A stretch of DNA of 45,878 nucleotides. It comes from a virus. Its lineage: Duplodnaviria; Caudoviricetes. Position 1 is the first letter of the stretch. Every line of letters begins with the position of its first letter. The notes below the pieces were generated by a model. The model made no database searches. It was given only the letters and a program-made list of their open reading frames with translations, and had not been told where the DNA came from. Where the stretch lies: positions 1-45,878 of IMG/VR virus record IMGVR_UViG_3300046103_002528. One strand, given 5' to 3'. The translations under genes and the position numbers were made by a program. Of the stretch, positions 1-7,535 are shown in pieces.

Positions 1-501
1 ATGAACCCAGACTACTACAAGACACACGAACCAGACATCTACAAGCACGAAATGAAGCGAATGGATGAGATGCAGGATAAGCAACTCTATACTCGCTATG
101 AGAAGATGTCTAAGCCAGATAAGATTGGTGCATTCTATGAAGCACTCGCTGACAAAGACCGTTGTCCTTCATTGCGAAAGCATATTGAGAAAGACGGATG
201 TGTTCCCAAGGAAAAACCAATGAAATTTGTTAAGGTTACACAAAATATAGACGATTCGCATAGAGTACTTCGCCAAGCAATCTTTGAGAATGATGGAGCG
301 TTCTATCTCTACTCATACTCACAGATTGATGTAGTGGATAGTGATGAACCAATGATTGATGAAACAATGACGTTTCGTTGTGATGCAGTTGGTACACATA
401 CAGGTAGTGAATTGTTTGTCGGTAAAGGGTACATACATAGCAAGGATGCAATGATTGCTACACTAGCGAATATCAACACACAAGGAATGGTTACGGAATG
501 A
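1..501 (+). CDS. Hypothetical phage protein
   Basis: 166-aa ORF, ATGA-coupled to the next ORF; no recognised motif. Confidence 0.7.
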   Translation: MNPDYYKTHEPDIYKHEMKRMDEMQDKQLYTRYEKMSKPDKIGAFYEALADKDRCPSLRKHIEKDGCVPKEKPMKFVKVTQNIDDSHRVLRQAIFENDGAFYLYSYSQIDVVDSDEPMIDETMTFRCDAVGTHTGSELFVGKGYIHSKDAMIATLANINTQGMVTE

Positions 502-791
502 TGAAAATACTTGTAGAAGAAGAATATGGCTTTAAGTATTGGCTATGGGAAGTCGATGCACAATGGAATGAAATTACAGACCTGCTCGACGAAAAGATTA
601 ACCGCGAATTCTGGTATTCATCGAACCTTCCTTCCCAGTTTCCCGATGGGGAATGGACTGAACTCGAATACGAAGACTACAGAGAACTTCTTTTTGGCGA
701 AGAGTTCGATGCTTGGTGCCACTTACACACACACGATGATTCGAAGTATGCTCTTCGAGAAGAAATGGAGATTCACGATGAGACAGAGTAA
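498..791 (+). CDS. Hypothetical acidic, Trp-rich phage protein
   Basis: 97-aa ORF overlapping both neighbours. Confidence 0.7.
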   Translation: MMKILVEEEYGFKYWLWEVDAQWNEITDLLDEKINREFWYSSNLPSQFPDGEWTELEYEDYRELLFGEEFDAWCHLHTHDDSKYALREEMEIHDETE

Positions 792-1014
792 ATTTCATAG
801 GGATATACCCAACGATATGACGATTCGTGAACGATATGAAGAGAATACTATCTTCGATTTTCTGGATGAATTACGAAAGTCTGGCAAGACCAATATGTTT
901 GAGGCTGTCCCGTTCATCGTCGAGAGATTCACCATTACGAAGTACGAGGCTCAACGCCACTTGGTGAAGTGGATGGAAACCTTTCCGCGTGATGGTGCTG
1001 AATGTGGCTTATAA
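778..1014 (+). CDS. Conserved small phage protein (FLDELRxSGxTNMF motif, DUF5049-like)
   Basis: ATG at 778 preceded by GGAG; motif FDFLDELRKSGKTNMFEAVPFI...W is recurrent in T4-like phages. Confidence 0.7.
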   Translation: MRQSKFHRDIPNDMTIRERYEENTIFDFLDELRKSGKTNMFEAVPFIVERFTITKYEAQRHLVKWMETFPRDGAECGL

Positions 1015-1059
1015 TTAACCCGCCTGAAAAAATCGCGGTAAAAAATTGCGATTTGAGAG

Positions 1060-1088
1060 TTGACTCAGAGGGCGATAGAGTGTACAAT
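1060..1088 (+). promoter_or_regulatory. Sigma70-type early promoter
   Basis: TTGACT (1060-1065), 17-nt spacer, TACAAT (1083-1088); imperfect inverted repeat AAATCGCGGT/ATTGCGATTT just upstream. Confidence 0.75.
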
Positions 1089-1111
1089 GTGTGGAACAAA
1101 TGGAGTATATT

Positions 1112-1234
1112 ATGAATGATAATCAAACAGACAAGCAACATCCCCTATACATTCTTGGAATGTGTATTGGCGTATTCGTTCTCGCTTTCTGTGCAAGTAG
1201 CGGATGGTTGCTTGCGATGAATCTTTTTAACTAG
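1112..1234 (+). CDS. Small membrane peptide (40 aa)
   Basis: GGAG RBS, then MNDNQTDKQHPLYILGMCIGVFVLAFCASSGWLLAMNLFN; one hydrophobic segment; below the ORF-track cutoff. Confidence 0.55.
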   Translation: MNDNQTDKQHPLYILGMCIGVFVLAFCASSGWLLAMNLFN

Positions 1235-1243
1235 GAATATAAA

Positions 1244-1639
1244 ATGAATAAAACAATTACAACAACAATTATACTCGGCGCCGCCGTTTCCCTACAGGGA
1301 TGCGGAGCAATGCTCGGTGGTGGTATCGGTGCCCTTGCAGGACAAGCAATTGGCGGCAACACCACTGCCACTTTGATTGGTGCAGGTATCGGTGCAGGTA
1401 CTGGTCTGCTTATCGAAGAAGTCGATAAGGACAATAAGCGAAAGACTGCGGCACAAGTTGCGGCAGCCGAAGAGCGTGTACGCTATGCAGAGTGGCAACG
1501 ACGAGAACGTCAAGGTTACGCCACACACAAGTCCACGACTCGGCGTATTCTGAATCCTGACGGAACTGTTACCGAAACTGGTACAGAAATCGTTACGAGT
1601 GAACAGCAGACTAGTGGCTATGAAGGACTTCCAAGATGA
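1244..1639 (+). CDS. Glycine-zipper lipoprotein
   Basis: Lipobox LQGC followed by a GxxxGxxxG zipper (GAMLGGGIGALAGQAIGG...GAGIGAGTG). Confidence 0.8.
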   Translation: MNKTITTTIILGAAVSLQGCGAMLGGGIGALAGQAIGGNTTATLIGAGIGAGTGLLIEEVDKDNKRKTAAQVAAAEERVRYAEWQRRERQGYATHKSTTRRILNPDGTVTETGTEIVTSEQQTSGYEGLPR

Positions 1640-2127
1640 CTGATAAAGGAAGTGGTTATATGATTAATGTTGGAGATAAAGTTATCTCTAAACGTGGAAA
1701 CAGTTATACTGAAGCAATTTTAGTTAACATCGATATAGAGGGTACTATGGATACTATTCAACTAGCAAGCGGCGAAACAATTCAAGTAGACCGAGGTACA
1801 TTGTACCCCGAAAACATCAAAACGATTTATTCGTTTAAGAAGATGAAGAGCGAACTGAACGAGGGCATTTGTGAAGTTACTTTTACAAAGAAGAATGGCG
1901 AAGAACGAGTGATGCCTTGTACACTTGTGTTCGACCACATCCCAGAAGACTTACGTCCGAAGGGTAATGTTACACAACACCGTACGCAAGATACTATTGC
2001 GGTTTGGTGTATGGACAAGGAAGCGTGGCGTTCATTCCGTGTAGATTCTGTTATGAAGTTTGAACGTCTTACTGGTCACGGTCGTGGCGAAAAGAAGACG
2101 ATTGAATTGGACGGGATGTTTAAGTGA
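1636..2127 (+). CDS. SH3/WYL_2-like beta-barrel protein (DUF2693-like)
   Basis: VTFTKKNGEERVMPCTL...VW..DKEAWRSFRVDSV signature. Confidence 0.8.
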   Translation: MTDKGSGYMINVGDKVISKRGNSYTEAILVNIDIEGTMDTIQLASGETIQVDRGTLYPENIKTIYSFKKMKSELNEGICEVTFTKKNGEERVMPCTLVFDHIPEDLRPKGNVTQHRTQDTIAVWCMDKEAWRSFRVDSVMKFERLTGHGRGEKKTIELDGMFK

Positions 2128-2390
2128 TGGAAAGTATTAAAATGGATGATGTTGAACGCGACGAAGATGGGTATCCATTACAACCGCTTCTTCATTTTCA
2201 CCCCAATTCAGATGACCAGTTGTGTCTGACTCTTTGGGGGTGGGACACAAAAGAATCGTTTGACGGATACACTGTCGATGATATTACTGACCTGATTACT
2301 TCTCTTCGTGAAGCAAAAGAATTCATTCTAAATAGTATTGATAGCAACCAAGGTGAACTTGACTTCGAAGGAGATAATGATGACTCATAA
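2124..2390 (+). CDS. Hypothetical acidic protein
   Basis: 88-aa ORF coupled to the upstream gene. Confidence 0.65.
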   Translation: MMESIKMDDVERDEDGYPLQPLLHFHPNSDDQLCLTLWGWDTKESFDGYTVDDITDLITSLREAKEFILNSIDSNQGELDFEGDNDDS

Positions 2391-2592
2391 TATTGGCGAA
2401 AACGTAGTAAACGCAGAGAATATGCAAACGGGTAATATCGTACAGATTCGTGAGAATGATGGTATGGTAGAGATTGCATATGCAAATGGTGCAACAGAAT
2501 GGGTAGATGCAAGTCAAGTGAAGACACTACTGATTGAAACCGACCCTGCACCAACAATTAACACTACTTGGAAAAACTTAAACGAAGGTTGA
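2377..2592 (+). CDS. Hypothetical protein
   Basis: AAGGAG RBS before ATG 2377. Confidence 0.65.
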   Translation: MMTHNIGENVVNAENMQTGNIVQIRENDGMVEIAYANGATEWVDASQVKTLLIETDPAPTINTTWKNLNEG

Positions 2593-2597
2593 TATTT

Positions 2598-2669
2598 GTG
2601 GGCGTCGTATAACGGCAATTACCCTAGATTTCCAATCTAATGATGAGAGTTCGATTCTCTCCGCCCGCT
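2598..2669 (+). tRNA. tRNA-Gly(TCC)
   Basis: Acceptor GTGGGCG/CGCCCGC, anticodon loop TT-TCC-AA, T-arm GAGAG-TTCGATT-CTCTC, U73; CCA not encoded. Confidence 0.9.
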
Positions 2670-2683
2670 TTGGAGAATATATT

Positions 2684-2935
2684 ATGTACAGACTACACAT
2701 TGACATTCCTCTTGGTGAAGACGAAGCCGTGGCTATTTACAAAGGTAATCTTTTGATTCAGGAATTAATCAAAGAACATCCTCACCGTAGCAACCTTACT
2801 CACATCAATGAAAAGTATCAAATTGAACAAGTGAATTATAGGCTTGGTCACGACGAAGACCGCCAAAAGTCGAACTACCTCGACAAGAACGAAAACGGAC
2901 ATTGCAGTAACAAGAAAACGAAGATATCGATATAA
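2684..2935 (+). CDS. Hypothetical protein
   Basis: GGAG RBS, 83 aa, fills the gap between two tRNAs. Confidence 0.7.
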   Translation: MYRLHIDIPLGEDEAVAIYKGNLLIQELIKEHPHRSNLTHINEKYQIEQVNYRLGHDEDRQKSNYLDKNENGHCSNKKTKISI

Positions 2936-2942
2936 GGCTTTC

Positions 2943-3015
2943 GGGCCTGAGGCGGATGGCATTAGCAGTACCGCTTATAACGGTATCTTCGCGGGTTCGA
3001 GTCCCGCCAGGCCTA
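2943..3015 (+). tRNA. tRNA-Ile(TAT)
   Basis: Acceptor GGGCCTG/CAGGCCT-A, anticodon arm TACCG-CT-TAT-AA-CGGTA, T-arm GCGGG-TTCGAGT-CCCGC; D-arm is weak and position 8 is A. Confidence 0.85.
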
Positions 3016-3031
3016 TTTTAGGAAAAAAATT

Positions 3032-3307
3032 ATGATGAAAAAAGTACAGATTGAATATGATGAATCGATGAAGCAGAAGCGAGTCGAAGAAACTAAGGGA
3101 ACAGGCAATAGCAGAACCCGCACGATGAAAATGGTCGAGGTGAAAGACCCCAAGTGTTGGGAAATTATCACGATTGAGAATTCTATTCTCTACTCGCCAG
3201 GATATCGTTTGAGCAAGAAGCAGGTAGAGTCGTTGTGTCGTGGACACAAGTACGAAGTTATAATTGGCGGACCTGGTCAATTCACCCCCCACAAAAGTAG
3301 ATATTGA
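3032..3307 (+). CDS. Hypothetical basic protein
   Basis: 91-aa ORF ending 1 nt before the guaC start. Confidence 0.65.
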   Translation: MMKKVQIEYDESMKQKRVEETKGTGNSRTRTMKMVEVKDPKCWEIITIENSILYSPGYRLSKKQVESLCRGHKYEVIIGGPGQFTPHKSRY

Positions 3308-3308
3308 A

Positions 3309-4352
3309 ATGAAGATACTCGATGATGTGAAACTTGATTATTCTGATGTACTGATTCGACCCAAGCGTTCGATTCTCACATCACGAAAACAAGTAAACCT
3401 AGAGAGAACATTTAGATTCCGAAACCACCAAGAGTGGATTGGTATTCCAATCGTCGCGGCGAATATGGATACAATCGGAACCCTTGCAATGGCAAGAGAA
3501 TTTTCCAAGCACAATATGTTGACTTGCCTAAGTAAGCACATCGACAACTGGAAAACCGATGAACAATGGAAAGACAGTAACATTGTGCCAACTTTCGGAA
3601 TGTCTGAATTAGACGAACAATCACTTCTTTCAGATAGTGGTTCTCTGGTTACAGGTGAGTTTATGGGATGTAAAGACTTTATTTGTATCGATGTTGCGAA
3701 CGGATATAGTCAGCGATTCATTGATTATATTAAGATGATTCGGGATAAGTGGCCAAACAAGATTATCATTGCAGGAAATGTTGTCACGGCAGAAATGACC
3801 GAAGCACTCTACCTTGCAGGTGCAGACATTGTAAAGGTTGGCATTGGACCAGGCAGTGTATGCACAACAAGAAAAGTTGCAGGTGTTGGTTACCCACAAC
3901 TTTCAGCAGTGATTGAATGTGCCGATGCCGCACACGGACTCGGCGGTTATATTATGGCTGACGGTGGATGTACAAATCCAGGCGATGTATCAAAGGCGTT
4001 CGGTGCAGGAGCCGACTTCGTGATGCTAGGCGGTATGCTTGCAGGACACGACGAGTGTGAAGGGGATATCGTTACAGACGAACAGGGACAGTCCCACAAG
4101 GTATTCTATGGAATGTCCAGTACCACCGCTATGGAAAAGTATAGTGGTGGTGTAGCGACATACAAAGCATCTGAGGGAAAGACTGTAAAGGTGCCGTATC
4201 GAGGTCCTGTATGCGACACGATTCAGCAGATTCTAGGTGGTGTCCGAAGTGCCTGTACTTATACTGGCGCCAGAGTCATCAAGCAACTTCCTAAGTGTAC
4301 AACTTTCGTGCGAGTGAATCGCCAATTAAACACTGTATTTGGTGATGCATAA
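3309..4352 (+). CDS. guaC: GMP reductase
   Basis: [49 protein letters not shown] motifs; no CBS domains; likely start [10 protein letters not shown] at 3309. Confidence 0.95.
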   Translation: MKILDDVKLDYSDVLIRPKRSILTSRKQVNLERTFRFRNHQEWIGIPIVAANMDTIGTLAMAREFSKHNMLTCLSKHIDNWKTDEQWKDSNIVPTFGMSELDEQSLLSDSGSLVTGEFMGCKDFICIDVANGYSQRFIDYIKMIRDKWPNKIIIAGNVVTAEMTEALYLAGADIVKVGIGPGSVCTTRKVAGVGYPQLSAVIECADAAHGLGGYIMADGGCTNPGDVSKAFGAGADFVMLGGMLAGHDECEGDIVTDEQGQSHKVFYGMSSTTAMEKYSGGVATYKASEGKTVKVPYRGPVCDTIQQILGGVRSACTYTGARVIKQLPKCTTFVRVNRQLNTVFGDA

Positions 4353-4555
4353 TGTATATGGGACTATTCGCAATTTCTATTGGATTTTCTACAATTTTAT
4401 CCTTGTATATGGTACTTTGTATTGTAGAATATAGGGAAGCAATAAAGAGATTGCAAAGAGATTTAGAACACACCAAATGTGCGAACGCAAACCTAGCAAA
4501 AATTATTCAAGATGACATTGATAGAAAAAATGAATTCGAGGCAGGCTGTGGGTAG
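4352..4555 (+). CDS. Small membrane-anchored protein
   Basis: N-terminal hydrophobic helix followed by a coiled coil; TAATG overlap with guaC. Confidence 0.6.
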   Translation: MYMGLFAISIGFSTILSLYMVLCIVEYREAIKRLQRDLEHTKCANANLAKIIQDDIDRKNEFEAGCG

Positions 4556-4928
4556 AGAACCAACCATTTATATTGCAGGACCTATGCGTGGGTACGAAGA
4601 AGGAAACTTTCCTGCGTTCGACCGTCAAGCAAAGATTCTAATAGAACAAGGATGGGTTGTCATTAATCCTGCCGAGATGGATAGGACTGAAGGTGAACCA
4701 CCAAACGGTCATTTGGATTTCCATCCAACTACTGATTACGAAGACCAAGAATTTATGCGTGAAGCACTACACAGAGATTTGGTTGTAATTTGTAAAGACT
4801 GTACTGCAATTTATATGATGAGCGGTTGGGAAGATAGTCGTGGTGCTAAGGCAGAATGGCACACAGCGAAGGCATTAGGACTGGATATATATTATGAAGC
4901 ACCGCTACCAGTAGCACACAAACACTGA
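4512..4928 (+). CDS. DUF4406 / nucleoside 2-deoxyribosyltransferase-like protein
   Basis: IYIAGPMRG...NFPAF...VINPAE...WEDSRGAKAE signature; the start may be the GTG at 4548. Confidence 0.85.
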   Translation: MTLIEKMNSRQAVGREPTIYIAGPMRGYEEGNFPAFDRQAKILIEQGWVVINPAEMDRTEGEPPNGHLDFHPTTDYEDQEFMREALHRDLVVICKDCTAIYMMSGWEDSRGAKAEWHTAKALGLDIYYEAPLPVAHKH

Positions 4929-4935
4929 CCCATCG

Positions 4936-5008
4936 GGGTCGGTAACTCAGTTGGTAGAGTAGCGGTCTTTTAAACCGTTCGTCGCGGGTTCGAGCCCCGC
5001 CCGACCCA
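4936..5008 (+). tRNA. tRNA-Lys(TTT)
   Basis: GGGTCGG/CCGACCC-A acceptor, ACTCAGTTGGTAGAGT D-arm, GCGGT-CT-TTT-AA-ACCGT anticodon arm. Confidence 0.95.
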
Positions 5009-5042
5009 TTACAATGAAATTTGATTATTAAGGAGAACAACA

Positions 5043-5615
5043 GTGAGCGAAAAAAAGAACAAGCCCGAATTACTTTACATCACCAATCCAAGTTGCGGAT
5101 GGTGTAAGAAAGCAGACCCCGTAGTTAAGGCATTGATTGAAGAAGGGTATAAGATTACCACTCTTGATATGTCAAAGCCAGATGAAGCAACGAAAGCAAA
5201 CGAAGTAAAGACGAAGTTCAACGCAAGTTGTGGTACGCCTTTGTTTATCGATTCTTCTGACGGAAATATGGTCTGTGGATTTAACGAAGACAATGTAAAG
5301 AAGTGGGTTGATGGTGAAAAGATTCCACCACCACCGCCACGAAAGCCGGCGCCGACACAGCAACAGCCACCAAATAAACCAGGCGCTCCTGTCCAATCGA
5401 CAGAAAAGATGGAGTTCGCCTTCTCAGTATGGCAAGAGGCAAAACAGTCTCTTCAAGATAAGTACTACGCCGAGTTTGAAGTGTGGAACAACTGGAATTT
5501 CGTAGACAACAATATGGTTGGCGAATGTCCTATCAAGGAACGACCAGAATTTCCGACCACTGTTCAGATTACACTAGAGGCTCAAAAACTTTTTCACTTT
5601 TGTGCAACAAAGTAA
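5043..5615 (+). CDS. Thioredoxin-fold protein with Pro-rich linker and extra C-terminal domain
   Basis: CGWC active site, GTP cis-Pro motif, PPPPPRKPAP linker; AAGGAG RBS before GTG. Confidence 0.8.
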   Translation: MSEKKNKPELLYITNPSCGWCKKADPVVKALIEEGYKITTLDMSKPDEATKANEVKTKFNASCGTPLFIDSSDGNMVCGFNEDNVKKWVDGEKIPPPPPRKPAPTQQQPPNKPGAPVQSTEKMEFAFSVWQEAKQSLQDKYYAEFEVWNNWNFVDNNMVGECPIKERPEFPTTVQITLEAQKLFHFCATK

Positions 5616-5644
5616 TTGACTTACCCTAGTATCTAAAGTATAAT
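5616..5644 (+). promoter_or_regulatory. Sigma70-type promoter
   Basis: TTGACT (5616-5621), 17 nt, TATAAT (5639-5644). Confidence 0.85.
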
Positions 5645-5735
5645 ACTATTATAACAATGAAGGTGTGAGTGTTAGCGACTGCATTCAAAGACCTTTTTCT
5701 AAGTGAATGTCGCAATTTGAAATGGAGTACACATT

Positions 5736-6002
5736 ATGAGTACTATGACTAAGCGCCAGCGAGTTCTTAACTGCCTGGCAAACGGTAACGGCCTCACCGC
5801 AAACGAAGCCAAGTCCCGATTCAGTGTCGGTAACCTCCGAGCCACTATCAGCGACATCAAGTCGCAGGTTGAAGCATTCGGTAACTGGGAAATCGTTAGC
5901 GAATCAACTGCCACTGGCAAGACTCGTTATTCGATGAACGACACTCACCCTGGCGTTCGTACCTACGGTTACGACAAGTTCGGTAGCCGTTACGCTCTCT
6001 GA
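5736..6002 (+). CDS. Small helix-turn-helix DNA-binding protein of T4-like phages
   Basis: TKRQRVLNCL..GNGLTANEAKSRFSVGNLRATISDIK winged-HTH-like pattern; codon use enriched in C-ending codons. Confidence 0.75.
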   Translation: MSTMTKRQRVLNCLANGNGLTANEAKSRFSVGNLRATISDIKSQVEAFGNWEIVSESTATGKTRYSMNDTHPGVRTYGYDKFGSRYAL

Positions 6003-6026
6003 TTCTTAATTGAATCAAACCCCCCG

Positions 6027-6060
6027 CCACTTGGGGAGTTCATCTTCCCAAGTGGTTTTT
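6027..6060 (+). terminator. Intrinsic terminator-like hairpin
   Basis: CCACTTGGG/CCCAAGTGG stem followed by TTTTT. Confidence 0.7.
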
Positions 6061-6079
6061 GACAACTGAATAAGAACAT

Positions 6080-6565
6080 ATGCAAGGGAGTAATTACCCC
6101 TGCATCGGACGGTGACAGAACAATTTTTTGTTATTGAAAATAATGTATACGGTTCCCTGTAGTGGGGTGTGAATGCTCAAATGAGTTTAGCAGAGTTTGA
6201 CTGACTCAAACGTAGTGCAAGTAGGGAATATCAACTAGATGACCCCGAAAGTTGAAGGTATATGTGAATCCTTCCCGTCCACGACTAACTCGTTCCTTCG
6301 AGTACAAGGCCTTCGGTGACACCTTCGGGTGTGAAGATGATGTAAGATTCATTACGGCTTGAGTGAGTGGCCCTCACTAGGAACGAATAAAATTTGGTGG
6401 TGCAGAAGCACACAAGAGTTGCGCCAGAAAGTGTTCCAAGATTGATTTATATCACTCTTCGCGTATAGACACATTCATAAGGCCTGCCTCAAAGTTTCCC
6501 AATTTCTAGACTGAGGGATTAATCGGACGAAGGTGAAAATTGCAAACCTTATCTGAACCGCCAAC
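6080..6565 (+). ncRNA. Candidate large structured non-coding RNA (three multi-stem domains)
   Basis: No ORF of 60 aa or more in either strand; closing helices GGACGG/CCGTCC (6107/6275), TCGTTCCT/AGGAACGA (6290/6379), TTGGTGGTGCAGA/TCTGAACCGCCAA (6394/6552); C(UUCG)G tetraloop; flanked by terminator-like hairpins. Confidence 0.65.
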
Positions 6566-6574
6566 AAATGAATG

Positions 6575-6630
6575 AGAGATGGTAGATTGAGTTTTTTGCT
6601 TTAAAAGATTCTCTACCATCTCTTTTTTTT
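6575..6630 (+). terminator. Intrinsic terminator
   Basis: AGAGATGGTAGA/TCTACCATCTCT 12-bp stem followed by a T-run. Confidence 0.8.
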
Positions 6631-6631
6631 G

Positions 6632-6659
6632 TTGACTGGCATTTAATATGGTGTATAAT
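6632..6659 (+). promoter_or_regulatory. Sigma70-type promoter, probably leaderless transcript
   Basis: TTGACT, 16 nt, TATAAT; ATG 6666 follows after 6 nt with no RBS. Confidence 0.7.
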
Positions 6660-6665
6660 ATGACT

Positions 6666-7454
6666 ATGAACAAGCGGAACTATATTCATAACGGAGACTG
6701 TCTGGAGTTTATGAAAGACTACTCAGGCGATATCAATTTGATTCTTACAAGTCCGCCTTACAATATGACGAAACGACCAGGCGGTAATGCCGATTCAGGA
6801 AGGTACGATGAATATGAAGATTGGAAAGAAGCAGACGAATATATTGATTGGTCTGTTCAGTTGTTTAGTTCTTTTGATAATTCTTTGGTAGAGAATGGTG
6901 TTGTACTTTATAACTTCTCTTACTCGATTGAGAATCCTTCGATGCCATATCAATTGGTTGCAGAGATTGCAAAGCGAACCAACTTTGTTTTGGCGGATAC
7001 TATCATCTGGAAAAAGAAGTCTTCGATTCCGTATCCCGCCAGTCCAAACCGACTTCAACGAATCTTTGAATTCGTTTTTGTTTTCGTTCGTGAGAATGAG
7101 ATGAATACATTCACTACAAACAAACAGGTGAGTACAGTGAGCAAGACTGGTCAGAAGTATTACACTCCCGTTATGAACTTCATCGAAGCGAAGAATAACG
7201 ATGGAGCAACCAAAGAAATTAATCAGGCAACATTCTCAACAGAGTTCGTTACTCAGTTGTTGCAGACATATGCCAAACCAGAAGAATCATTCGTTGTGTT
7301 TGACCCGTTCATCGGAACAGGTACAACAGCGAAGGGTTGTATTGAGTATGGATGTTCCTATCTTGGAACTGAAATTAGTAAGACTCAGTGCGACTACGCC
7401 AAAGAAAGAATTCGAAACTTAGCCCCAAACCTAAACAGGATTAAGTTAAGATGA
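6666..7454 (+). CDS. DNA N4-cytosine/N6-adenine methyltransferase (beta class)
   Basis: TSPPY catalytic motif near the N-terminus, DPFIGTGTT SAM-binding motif near the C-terminus. Confidence 0.92.
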   Translation: MNKRNYIHNGDCLEFMKDYSGDINLILTSPPYNMTKRPGGNADSGRYDEYEDWKEADEYIDWSVQLFSSFDNSLVENGVVLYNFSYSIENPSMPYQLVAEIAKRTNFVLADTIIWKKKSSIPYPASPNRLQRIFEFVFVFVRENEMNTFTTNKQVSTVSKTGQKYYTPVMNFIEAKNNDGATKEINQATFSTEFVTQLLQTYAKPEESFVVFDPFIGTGTTAKGCIEYGCSYLGTEISKTQCDYAKERIRNLAPNLNRIKLR

Positions 7455-7459
7455 TTTTT

Positions 7460-7533
7460 GCGAGCGTAGCCCAATCGGCAGAGGCAACAGACTTAAAATC
7501 TGTCAAGTGCGGGTTCGAGTCCCGCCGCTCGTA
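7460..7533 (+). tRNA. tRNA-Leu(TAA) with short variable loop
   Basis: GCGAGCG/CGCTCGT-A acceptor, ACAGA-CT-TAA-AA-TCTGT anticodon arm, 5-nt variable region. Confidence 0.9.
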
Positions 7534-7535
7534 TT

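Noticed and set aside
6080-6565. Group I/II intron, RNase P RNA, hammerhead ribozyme or tRNA-Sec as the identity of the structured region
   Set aside because: No flanking exons, no group II domain V, no RNase P P4 consensus, no CUGAUGA core and no UCA anticodon arm could be found by eye
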